64,000 nt of DNA from an uncultured Candidatus Binatia bacterium (lineage in GTDB: Bacteria; Desulfobacterota; Binatia; UBA9968; JAJDTQ01): positions 672,001-736,000 of the forward strand of contig OZ251459.1 in the NCBI GenBank assembly GCA_965242525.1, read 5' to 3'. This document shows, in pieces, positions 41,708 through 50,472 of this stretch; the stretch's first letter is position 1; every line of letters begins with the position of its first letter. The position numbers and the translations under genes were made by a program. The notes under the pieces are model-generated. The model was not told where the DNA came from. It was given only the letters and a program-made list of their open reading frames with translations, and ran no database searches.

Positions 41708-41878
41708 TCACCTCGCCGCCAGCCGTCCCGGGTTGCGCTTCATGGCGGTCTCCACGTCTTCCCGTGAGACGCCCTCGGCCATGAGTCCCGCGGCCAGCCT
41801 GCCCAGTCCTTCCGCGGGGCTCATCCGGTCCACCTGTCCCAGGTCCGTGGACAGGACCACGCGGTCGGTGCCTGCCTG
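41708..41878 (-). pseudogene. Duplicated 3' end of the DUF6282-like gene
   Basis: Near-identical to 43966-44136; encodes DRVVLSTDLGQ...MKRNPGRLAAR. Confidence 0.85.
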
Positions 41879-42100
41879 TTTTTCTGATGGAGAGCTTCGA
41901 GAAGGGAGTTTTACCGGCAGGTTCGCGCACTCGATTTGCAATTGAGCAAAGTACCGGCTTGGGCCGCTCGGGGCGGGGGCGATGTTGCCCAAGCGCTGAC
42001 CCCGTTACCTTGTTCCGACTCAAGGCGCCTCGATTTGGGAAGCGTGTGCGGCCGTCCTTTCGGCTTTGACCTCGCCTTGGCATGGGACTATGCTGTCCCC

Positions 42101-43672
42101 ATGAGCGTTCCCGGTGATGGCGCCGCCAAGCGCAAGCTGCCCATCGGCGTCCAGACTTTCCGCAAGATCCGGGAGGGCGGCTGCTACTACGTGGACAAGA
42201 CCCCCTGGGTCCGGCGGCTGGTGGACGAAGGCGAGCAGTACTTCCTCTCCCGACCCCGGCGCTTCGGCAAGAGCCTCCTGCTGGACACCATCAAGGAACT
42301 CTTCGAGGGCAGCGAGGAACTCTTCCGGGGACTCGCCATCCACGACCACTGGGACTGGGACGCGCGCTTCCCCGTGGTGCGGTTGAGCTTCGGCAGCGGC
42401 AACTACAAGGACCCGGACTGGCTGGAGGAAGACGTGACGGACCAGTTCGACGACCTGGAGAAGAGCGCCGGCATGGACGCACGGGCCGGCAGCGGTCCGG
42501 CCCGCCTCCGGCGTCTCGTCCGGTCGCTGCACCAAAGCACGGGGCGCCGTGTGGTGGTGCTGGTGGACGAGTACGACAAGCCCATACTCGACGCCCTGGG
42601 GACCCCGGAGGTGGCCAAGGCCAACCGGGACTACCTGCGCGGGCTGTACTCCGTCATCAAGGACTGTGACCCGCACATCAAGTTCACCTTGCTCACCGGG
42701 GTCAGCAAGTTCTCCAAGGTGAGCCTCTTCTCCGGGTTGAACAACCTGAAAGACATCACCCTGGACCCGCGCTATTCCGCGGTCTGCGGCTACACGGACC
42801 GGGACCTGGACGCCGTGTTCGCGCCCGAACTGCCCGGCCTGGACCGGGACGAGATACGCCGCTGGTACAACGGCTACTCCTGGCGGGGCGACGAGAAGGT
42901 TTACAACCCCTTCGACGTCCTGCTGCTGTTCGACACCCGCGAGTTCCAAGCCCACTGGTTCGAGACCGGCTCCCCCAGCTTCCTCGTCAATGCCCTGATG
43001 GAGCGCCGCGTCTCCTCCCTGGACCTGGACCGCATGGTCGGCGACGAAGAGATGCTGTCGGCCTTCGACGTGGACGAGATGGCCGTCGAGGCGTTGCTGT
43101 TCCAGACCGGCTACCTCACCATCGCCGGGGAGGATGCACAGGACGGGTCCATCGGTTACCGCCTGGCCTACCCCAACCACGAGGTCCGCCAGAGCCTGAA
43201 CCGGCACCTGCTCCTGGCCCTGCTGCCTGACGCCTCGCGGCAGAAGGCCCGGAGGAGTTCCCTTCGCAAGCTGCTGGCCGCCAACGACTTCGCCGGCCTG
43301 GAAGCGCTGTTCCGGTCCATCTTCGCCGGCATCCCCTACGAGTGGCACGTCAGGAACCCCATCCGGGACTACGAGGGCTACTACGCCAGCGTGGTCTATT
43401 CCTGCTTCGCGGCCCAGGGCCTGGACCTGATCGCCGAGGAGAGTTCGAGCGCGGGGCGTGCGGACATGACCGTGCGCTTCGATGGCAATATCTACGTGTT
43501 CGAGTTCAAGACCGTGGAGAAGGAATCCACCGGGGACGCCATACGGCAACTCAGGGAGAAGGGCTACGCGGACAAGTACCGCAGCCTGGGCCAGCCCGTC
43601 CGTCTCATCGGCGTGGAGTTCAGCAAGGCAGACCGAAACGTCACCGCTTTCGAGGTGGAAACGCCTTCCTGA
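42101..43672 (+). CDS. AAA-ATPase-like protein with C-terminal PD-(D/E)XK nuclease
   Basis: LPIGVQTF, YYVDKT, SRPRRFGKS, VDEYDKP, YNPF, GRAD...FEFK. Confidence 0.92.
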   Translation: MSVPGDGAAKRKLPIGVQTFRKIREGGCYYVDKTPWVRRLVDEGEQYFLSRPRRFGKSLLLDTIKELFEGSEELFRGLAIHDHWDWDARFPVVRLSFGSGNYKDPDWLEEDVTDQFDDLEKSAGMDARAGSGPARLRRLVRSLHQSTGRRVVVLVDEYDKPILDALGTPEVAKANRDYLRGLYSVIKDCDPHIKFTLLTGVSKFSKVSLFSGLNNLKDITLDPRYSAVCGYTDRDLDAVFAPELPGLDRDEIRRWYNGYSWRGDEKVYNPFDVLLLFDTREFQAHWFETGSPSFLVNALMERRVSSLDLDRMVGDEEMLSAFDVDEMAVEALLFQTGYLTIAGEDAQDGSIGYRLAYPNHEVRQSLNRHLLLALLPDASRQKARRSSLRKLLAANDFAGLEALFRSIFAGIPYEWHVRNPIRDYEGYYASVVYSCFAAQGLDLIAEESSSAGRADMTVRFDGNIYVFEFKTVEKESTGDAIRQLREKGYADKYRSLGQPVRLIGVEFSKADRNVTAFEVETPS

Positions 43673-43737
43673 TTCCCCGTCCCCGGTTCCTTGACACTGG
43701 GCGCCCCGTCTCTGGCGCCCGTGAAAGCCCCGCCTCC

Positions 43738-43852
43738 GTCATTCCCGCGAAAGCGGGAATCCAGACCCTGCGAGCAAACCCCATGGTACCCTGTATGAAA
43801 GTGGATTCCCGCTTTCGCGGGAATGACGAGTGTGAGCTTTCGCGGGAATGAC
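43738..43852. repeat. Inverted pair of dRS3-like palindromes
   Basis: 43738-43763 and 43802-43827; spacer similar to that at 5782-5820. Confidence 0.85.
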
Positions 43853-43965
43853 AGACCTTTGATTTCTGGCGTCTTCCGGCTTTTGTGCGGCAGGATTCCA
43901 CGGGTGTAGCCTCCCGTCCCCTCAAGGCGCGGCCGGGTGGGACGTACTCCGGGATTCCATCCGGG

Positions 43966-44904
43966 TCACCTCGCCGTCAGCCGTCCCGGGTTGCGCTTCA
44001 TGGCGGTCTCCACGTCTTCCCGTGAGACGCCTTCGGCCATGAGCCCCGCGGCCAGCCTGGCCAGTCCTTCCGCGGGGCTCATCCGGTCCACCTGTCCCAG
44101 GTCCGTGGACAGGACCACGCGGTCGGCGCCCACCTGCCGGAAGACCGCGGCGGTGTCCGCGAACGATACCGCGCCCATGTCCACCAGGACGTAGCTGAGT
44201 TCGACGTACGCTCCGGCCCCGGCCAGCTCCCTTAGGTCGCCGACGTCGAGGGCCGGCGGGTCGTAGCAGGGGTGGGTGACGACCACCTTCTCGACACCGA
44301 GGGCGCCGGCCCGCTCCATCACGTGGAACACCTCGTCCCGTCCCACGTGTCCGGTGGCCAGCGTCAGCCCTTCGCCGGCCGCGATGCGCATCACTTCGTC
44401 CAGGAGGGGCCGCCATCCGGGGGCGAGCACGTCGATGGGCTCCACCTGGTGAAGGGGCTGGGCCATGGCGGAGACGGCGCCGCCGCACCACTCGGGCGGG
44501 ATGTCGTACTGCTCCCCTTCGCCGTGGCGCGCGGTGAGGTGGGCCGCGGCGTGGACCGTGGGCAGCCACACCACCTTGAGGTAGGGCTCGTTGCCTTCCG
44601 ACGGTCCCAAGGCGCCGCGCACCGCCGCGGGGTTGACGCCGCCCACGTAGTGGTTGAGCGTCACCGAGCCGTGGAGGCGGAATCCGGTGACCCGGTGGGC
44701 CATCTGGGCCCAGCTCCCGGTGGCCGCCATGTGCGACTTGACCACGACTCCGGCCAACCCCGACTCGCATGCGTGCAGGGCCAGGGACACGGCGTCGTAA
44801 CGCCGGGGGATGCCCTCGGGTCCGCAGTGGACGTGGAGGTCCACGGCTCCGCCCACGTCGAAGTCCGCGCCGGTGGCCGCGCCGCGCCGCGGGTCGTGGC
44901 TCAT
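43966..44904 (-). CDS. DUF6282-like metal-dependent TIM-barrel hydrolase
   Basis: DLHVHCGP, VVKSH, LATGH, VVTHP, STDLGQ. Confidence 0.8.
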   Translation of the reverse strand: MSHDPRRGAATGADFDVGGAVDLHVHCGPEGIPRRYDAVSLALHACESGLAGVVVKSHMAATGSWAQMAHRVTGFRLHGSVTLNHYVGGVNPAAVRGALGPSEGNEPYLKVVWLPTVHAAAHLTARHGEGEQYDIPPEWCGGAVSAMAQPLHQVEPIDVLAPGWRPLLDEVMRIAAGEGLTLATGHVGRDEVFHVMERAGALGVEKVVVTHPCYDPPALDVGDLRELAGAGAYVELSYVLVDMGAVSFADTAAVFRQVGADRVVLSTDLGQVDRMSPAEGLARLAAGLMAEGVSREDVETAMKRNPGRLTAR

Positions 44905-46139
44905 GCCGCGCCGCAGACGTCCATGGCGGTATGGGCCAGCACCTTGGCGCATTCCACCATCTCGCTGATGAAGACGTAGCCGCCGTCCGGGCCGGACTCC
45001 AGGAAGCCGCCGCCGGGTCCGTAGTGCAGGCACGGGATGCCGTGCTTCCACAACCAGCAACTGTCGCCCGCGGAGTAGGACATGGGCAGGCAGGCGCCGA
45101 TGAGGTTGGGGGGCGAGCCCGTGACCCGCCGGTGGTTCCGCGCCACCGCCTGGACGATGGGCGTGTCCCGGGGCACGTCCAGGGGGTCCATCACCAGCCG
45201 CCGACACCCCTCGAAGAACGCGGGCGGCGGGGTCTCGACGGCGTAGTCGAAACGTGGGTCCGTCTCCTTGAGGGGGTCGAGGGCGCGCTCCACGTCGGCG
45301 ATGACCGAGGCCGCGGTCTGTCCGGGCACGAAGTGCACGTCCACGATGATCGTGCACAGGTCGGGCACGTAGGGCGGCTCGGTGAGCACGTAGCCGTCGC
45401 CCCGGCCGCCGATGATGCTGCCCACGTTCAGGCGGGGCAGGGCAGGCAGGTCGGCCCTCGGGGTATGGGAGAACTCGACGCTCCGCAGGGCTTCGATGAC
45501 CCGGGTCATCTGCTCTACCGCGTTGACCGTTTCCTCGACCCTGCTGACGTGCCCGGTGACGCCGTAGGTGTGGACCGCGAAATGGACGATGCCGCCGTGC
45601 ACGGTCACCAGGTTCCCCAGGCCGAAGGGTTCGGGCAGCACCGCCATGTCAGTCCGAAAGCCGCTCTCCATGAGGTGGCGCGTGCCTTCTCCCCCCTGGG
45701 TCTCTCCCACCACGCAGGCCAGCACCAGGTCTCCGCGCAACCGGACTCCCGCCTGGCGGACGGCTTCGGCCGCGGCGATCATGGAGGCCACGCCGCCCTT
45801 CATGTTCTGGACCCCGTGGCCGTAGAGTCGGTCGCCCTCCACCACCGGAGTCCAGGGGTCCCGCTTGCCGCCGCGGGTAAGGGAGTTGATGTCGATGTGT
45901 CCGTTGAACATGAGGCTCGGGCCGCCTCCCGTACCCGGCAGGGTGGCGATGGCCTGGAGGCGCCCGGGCTCCACCTCCTGCATGGTCACCCGGTACCCCC
46001 GGTCCGAGAGGTAGTCCCGCAGGAACAGGGCCGCGGGGGTCTCGTTCGGACAGAAGCTCGGGATCCTGACGAGCTCTCCGGCAAGGTCCACCAGCGCCGC
46101 GGGGTCAACGTCCATGTGGGGGATGGTCACGGGGGTCAT
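44901..46139 (-). CDS. M20 (ArgE/DapE-like) deacylase
   Basis: FNGHID, LYGHGVQNMKGG, VGETQGG. Confidence 0.88.
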   Translation of the reverse strand: MTPVTIPHMDVDPAALVDLAGELVRIPSFCPNETPAALFLRDYLSDRGYRVTMQEVEPGRLQAIATLPGTGGGPSLMFNGHIDINSLTRGGKRDPWTPVVEGDRLYGHGVQNMKGGVASMIAAAEAVRQAGVRLRGDLVLACVVGETQGGEGTRHLMESGFRTDMAVLPEPFGLGNLVTVHGGIVHFAVHTYGVTGHVSRVEETVNAVEQMTRVIEALRSVEFSHTPRADLPALPRLNVGSIIGGRGDGYVLTEPPYVPDLCTIIVDVHFVPGQTAASVIADVERALDPLKETDPRFDYAVETPPPAFFEGCRRLVMDPLDVPRDTPIVQAVARNHRRVTGSPPNLIGACLPMSYSAGDSCWLWKHGIPCLHYGPGGGFLESGPDGGYVFISEMVECAKVLAHTAMDVCGAA

Positions 46140-46170
46140 CCGGTGGGAAGGGGTCCTGCCGCCGGCGGGG

Positions 46171-47463
46171 TCACGAGGCCGCGTCGGCCAGCCGCAGCAC
46201 CATGCCGGCCATGAGCATGGCGCCGTGGGCCAACGCCTTCTCGTCCAGGTCGAAGGTGGCGGTGTGGTGTCCCGATGGGGCGCCCCCGCCCAGGAGGAAG
46301 TAGAGGGACTTGCCGCCTCGTTCCTGGACCCGGCGCATGAAGTAGGTGGCGTCCTCGCCGCCTCCCAGGGGGCGTGCGTCGTGGACGCGAAAGTCCACGG
46401 GCAGCGCCCGGGCCACGGCCGCCAGGTGGTCCTTGAGCTCCCGGTCCGACTTCCCGCCGATGGTGCGGCCGGTGACCTCGGTGTCGGCTTCGACCCCCTG
46501 GAGCGCGGCCGCGCCTTCGATGCAGCGCTGCGCGCCTGCCTCCATGAGATCGCAGATTTCGTCCGTGCCGCCGCGCACCTCGTACTTGATATGGGCCCGG
46601 GACGCCACCACGTTGGTTCCCGTGCCCGCGTTCAGCACGCCGACGTTGACGAACGTGGCGCCCTGGCCGTGCCGGGGCAGGGCGTGCAGGGCAAGGGTGG
46701 CCTGGCAGGCCGCCAGCAGCGCGTTGCGGCCGCGCTCGGGGGCGCCGCCCGCGTGGGAGGCCGCGCCGCGGAAGCGCGTCTCCATCTTGACGGACGAGAG
46801 GAAATGGGTGGCCTCCAGGGCCACTTCCCCCAGCGGCAGCCCGGGCCCGCCCATGTGGAGGCAGGCGAAGTAGTCCGCGTCGTCCACCACCCCGGCCTCC
46901 ACCATGGGGTGGGCGCCGCGGCCTCCTTCCTCCGCGGGCTGGAACAAGAGCTTCAGCCGGCCCCGCCAGTCCGGGCTCTCGGCCAGCAGCGCCGCGGCGC
47001 CAAGGCCGATGGCCACGTGGGCGTCGTGCCCGCAGGCGTGCATCACCGCGGGCTTCCCGGAAGCGAACCCGCCGGCCGCCGGACGGTGCCCGGCCTCGGA
47101 CGACTCGGCCACCTCGGTGGCGTCCATGTCGAAGCGCAGCGCCACGGTAGGGCCGGAGCCGCGCTCCAGGATGCCCACGGCCCCGGGCGTCTCCACCTCC
47201 CGGCCCAACGCGCCCGCCTGGGCGCGGCTCTCCCGCACCGCCTGCTCATCCGGCCACCCGCGCACCGCGTCCGCACGAACGCAGTCCGCTCCCGTCTCCA
47301 CCCGGTACCCGAGCTCCCGCAGCCGCCGGACCACCATGCCAGTGGTACGAAACTCGGTCCACCCCGCCTCCGGATGCCGGTGCAGGCTGCGCCGCACCTC
47401 GATCATCCCGGGGAGCTTCCCCTCGCACCGCTCCGCCAGTCCCTTCAGGTACTCGTGCGCCAT
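46171..47463 (-). CDS. M20D amidohydrolase (AbgA-like)
   Basis: LHRHPE, RFDMDA, MHACGHDAH, FQPAEEG, GGED, HHT. Confidence 0.9.
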   Translation of the reverse strand: MAHEYLKGLAERCEGKLPGMIEVRRSLHRHPEAGWTEFRTTGMVVRRLRELGYRVETGADCVRADAVRGWPDEQAVRESRAQAGALGREVETPGAVGILERGSGPTVALRFDMDATEVAESSEAGHRPAAGGFASGKPAVMHACGHDAHVAIGLGAAALLAESPDWRGRLKLLFQPAEEGGRGAHPMVEAGVVDDADYFACLHMGGPGLPLGEVALEATHFLSSVKMETRFRGAASHAGGAPERGRNALLAACQATLALHALPRHGQGATFVNVGVLNAGTGTNVVASRAHIKYEVRGGTDEICDLMEAGAQRCIEGAAALQGVEADTEVTGRTIGGKSDRELKDHLAAVARALPVDFRVHDARPLGGGEDATYFMRRVQERGGKSLYFLLGGGAPSGHHTATFDLDEKALAHGAMLMAGMVLRLADAAS

Positions 47464-47524
47464 GACGCCTTCATAACCTTGATGCGGACCGGAGGCAACG
47501 ACGGAACCCTGCTTTGACCCATTG

Positions 47525-49105
47525 TCACATGCCCCACACCGTGACCGGCGCTCCGCCTTCCGTTTCTTCGCGGCGGTACACCCGCTCGTCCCATGACCTG
47601 TCCCGGGTGCGGTCGAAGATCACCAGGTGTCCTTCGGTCGCGGCGCAACGGTCCATGTAGGCGCGTGTTTGCGTGAGACCCTGCCGGAGGGTCTCGTCGA
47701 GGCCCCGGTGCAGCACCTTGCACTCGATGACGATTTTCTGCGTCCGGTCGGCGTCTCCCGCCACCGGCCGGACCATCAGCAGGTCCGTCCGCATGCGCCC
47801 CAGTCCGTACTCGCGCTCGATGCGCCCGCCGCCGTTGACGACGCGCTGCAGGAACGCCTGCAACAACAACTGCGGTCCGGCCTCCCGGTACTGGAACCGC
47901 TCCATCCAGTGCTCCGAGTGTTCGCGGAAGAACGTCTGGAACGCGGCCAGCAGCCCGTTCGTCCGCAGCCCGCCGTCGTCGTCCACGTACCATGCGGGCT
48001 CGTGATGGATGTTCATGGCCTGGGTGGTGTAGGTGAGGTCCCGGGGGATCACTTCCCGGTAGATGGGGTTGGCGATGGCTACGGGATCGTCTCGCGCCAC
48101 CAGCCCCAGGTCGCGCGCGTACTGCAGGTCGTCGGGCGGAATGGAGTCGGTGGAGGGGATGCCGCTCAGGATGGGTTCCACCACCCGGCGCACGCGTTCT
48201 TCCCGGAGCTTGTCCGCGAGCTGGTCCAGGTGCGTGTCGCGGCGCAGGATCAACCGCTCGCGGGCCCGTTGCACCGCCTCCACGTCGATGGGGTCGGAGG
48301 CTTCGGGGGCATGGTCCACGATCTCCGCGCCGAGGGCGTTCACCAGCCACGGCTGGCCCCGGGTCAGCTCCCAGATGAGGGCCACGGCGTCGTCGCGCCA
48401 CACACGGCCCGTCTCCGCGGCGTGTTGCGCCAGCAGCGCCCGGGTCTGGGCTTCGGAGAAGTCCCCGAGGCGCAACGAAGCGGCCTTGACGTTGAAGGCG
48501 CTGCCGCCGGTCACCAGCGCGCCTTCGCCGAGCGAGTGGATCCGGTAGTCCCGCACGTCGCGCACGCCGCAAAGGATCACGCTCTGGGGAAAGCGTTGCG
48601 GGCGCTGGTCGTACCCGGCCCGGAGTTGCCGCAGGACCGTCAGGAGGGTATCGCCCAGCAGCGCGTCGATCTCGTCCACCAGGAGCACCAGAGGGATCCG
48701 GTCCTCCTGCGCCCAGCGGCTCAGAACCTCCTCGAAGGCGCCGTAAGGTCCGGCTCGGTCCAGGGCCTCCGGCCAGATGCGGGCCACGAAGTCGTCGTCC
48801 ATCGTAGCGCACGCCCGGAGCGCCATGTGGTTGAGGATCGCCCGCATGGCCGCGCCCACGTCTTCCCGCGCCGCCTGGGCGCTCTCCACGTTGACGTGCA
48901 CGCAACGGTAGGCGCCGTTGCGGTTCAACCGCTCCATCAACGCCAGCAGCGCGGAGGTCTTGCCGGTCTGCCGCGGCGCGTGCAGCACGAAATACCGCCG
49001 CTGGCCGATCAGGCGCAGCACGTGGTCGGCGTCGAGGCGCTCCAGCGGTGGAATGCAGTAGTGGTCCCGCGCATCCACGGGACCGGTGGTGTTGAAGAGA
49101 CGCAC
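47525..49105 (-). CDS. AAA-family ATPase with C-terminal nuclease-like domain
   Basis: FNTTGP, APRQTGKTS, LLVDEID, TRGQPWLVN, RTDLL..IECK; GTG 49105 or TTG 49114 start. Confidence 0.85.
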   Translation of the reverse strand: MRLFNTTGPVDARDHYCIPPLERLDADHVLRLIGQRRYFVLHAPRQTGKTSALLALMERLNRNGAYRCVHVNVESAQAAREDVGAAMRAILNHMALRACATMDDDFVARIWPEALDRAGPYGAFEEVLSRWAQEDRIPLVLLVDEIDALLGDTLLTVLRQLRAGYDQRPQRFPQSVILCGVRDVRDYRIHSLGEGALVTGGSAFNVKAASLRLGDFSEAQTRALLAQHAAETGRVWRDDAVALIWELTRGQPWLVNALGAEIVDHAPEASDPIDVEAVQRARERLILRRDTHLDQLADKLREERVRRVVEPILSGIPSTDSIPPDDLQYARDLGLVARDDPVAIANPIYREVIPRDLTYTTQAMNIHHEPAWYVDDDGGLRTNGLLAAFQTFFREHSEHWMERFQYREAGPQLLLQAFLQRVVNGGGRIEREYGLGRMRTDLLMVRPVAGDADRTQKIVIECKVLHRGLDETLRQGLTQTRAYMDRCAATEGHLVIFDRTRDRSWDERVYRREETEGGAPVTVWGM

Positions 49106-49119
49106 TTTCCCCAAGTCAA

Positions 49120-49421
49120 TCCAAGTCTTTGATTTCCTTAAGGTTTCTTCTACATCGGGCTTTCCCGGAAGTCAAGGGGAAACTGGCGGGAAAATCGGGT
49201 CCCTGGGAAGGTTCCGGGGACCTCGCATGCGCCGTCTCCGGGGTCAGCCCGTGGGGTCCGGGTGCCGTCTTCGAGGCGCCGTCAGGGAAGCCGTCCCTGG
49301 AAGCGGTGGGAAGCCCGTGGGGACGCGGGAAGCCGGTCAAGGTGAGATGGGAAGGGATGGAGAGAAGACGCCGCCCACGGCGTTCCTGGGCGTCCGTGGG
49401 CGGCGTCTTCGGTTGGGGTCA
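49120..49421. repeat. Conserved GC-rich structured flank, copy B of cargo scaffold
   Basis: Homologous to 38029-38613; perfect 17-bp IR at 49364-49380 / 49394-49410. Confidence 0.85.
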
Positions 49422-49724
49422 AAAGCGGCCCTCAGGGTCATGACGCCAATACTCGGGATAGAATATTCTCATATATTCCCAGAAGTCGGTACCGCCAGCG
49501 ACCGCCTGCAAATCGCCCTCGTTCAGCCTGCTGGTGGGTGGCAGTACCAGATGCGCAACATCGGCGCTCTCTTCGTGGACTTCGACGGAGATGGACGCCG
49601 GAATAGTGACGCCGAACTCCTGCCCGATGGCTCCCTTCGGGTCACTAAGCAACCGGGCTCGGAAGTCTGCGTCCTCTATCGCCTTGCCCACAATTTTCAT
49701 CCGCATTTCATTTTGTGTTTCCAT
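49419..49724 (-). CDS. NHLP (nitrile hydratase-like leader peptide) RiPP precursor
   Basis: KAIEDADFRARLLSDPK, VHEES, HLVLP, DLQAVAGG cleavage motif; 23-aa core. Confidence 0.9.
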   Translation of the reverse strand: METQNEMRMKIVGKAIEDADFRARLLSDPKGAIGQEFGVTIPASISVEVHEESADVAHLVLPPTSRLNEGDLQAVAGGTDFWEYMRIFYPEYWRHDPEGRF

Positions 49725-49881
49725 TGGTTCCCTCCTTCCCGTTAGTCAGGCTCTCCGAAGCCCTACTGCCGTTCATGGTGGCGGCGTGCAAGAGAGAAGG
49801 TAACGAGGTTGATGTCCTCCCCGGTAGTGGAGACTGCACGCCCCAAGCCCTCGCAGCCCCCTACCACAGCAAGGGAAATCC

Positions 49882-49910
49882 CGTCTATACGACAACCCCT
49901 CCCTTGTCAA
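49882..49910 (-). promoter_or_regulatory. Putative sigma70 promoter upstream of NHLP gene
   Basis: Minus strand TTGACA-N15-TATAGA or TTGACA-N17-TAGACG. Confidence 0.4.
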
Positions 49911-49963
49911 GACCCGCCCCCGCGCCAGGTAGAGCGGGCTTCGGAGGGCGGCGCCGTGGACCG

Positions 49964-50128
49964 TCAAGCGTCATCGTCCTCTGCGCCGTGGTCAAGCCAC
50001 TAGTTGATGGCCTGACGAACCACCGCCGAGTTTGTGACCTGCACGGACTGATGGCGTTCCGAGTAGGCTTCCACCGCCACATCAAGCAGTTCTTTCTTGA
50101 TGCTGACCAACTTGTAATCAGGATGCAT
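49964..50128 (-). pseudogene. Second copy of RHH-like gene with TAC->TAG nonsense at codon 43
   Basis: Same length and frame as 41089-41253; TAG at 50000-50002; WLDHGAEDDDA-stop retained downstream. Confidence 0.75.
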
Positions 50129-50357
50129 AGTCGTATCCCCTTTTTCAAATGGAATACTGGAAGCTAAGCATACAATCCATCAAAGTCAAGGTGCCCCTGA
50201 AAGTGCGATACGAACTAATTCCTTCAAGTATCAATTGGCGAGTTGGCGCGGGGTTGCTATTTTGACGAACATGTGATACATTTGAAATATGAGCGATGAT
50301 ACAAAACTTGAAGTAGGCTCTCCCGAGTGGTTGGCAGTAGCTCGCCGCGGTGCAATT

Positions 50358-50468
50358 GGACAGAGAGCATGAGCGCGTCCTTCGACTTCGCTTCGCTCAG
50401 GACGAACGGGGGTCGAGGGTCAGGGCGAGGGAATCCATCCCCCATCTCTCGTTTATCCAGACGTTCCC
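50358..50468. repeat. REP-MITE family copy
   Basis: Inverted REP core plus GGGAATCCATCC and CAGACGTTCCC end. Confidence 0.7.
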
Positions 50469-50472
50469 CAGG

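Noticed and set aside
50000-50002. Pyrrolysine or amber recoding in the RHH copy
   Set aside because: Single TAC->TAG change relative to the paralog; TAG is used as a normal stop by many genes here and no pyl genes are present
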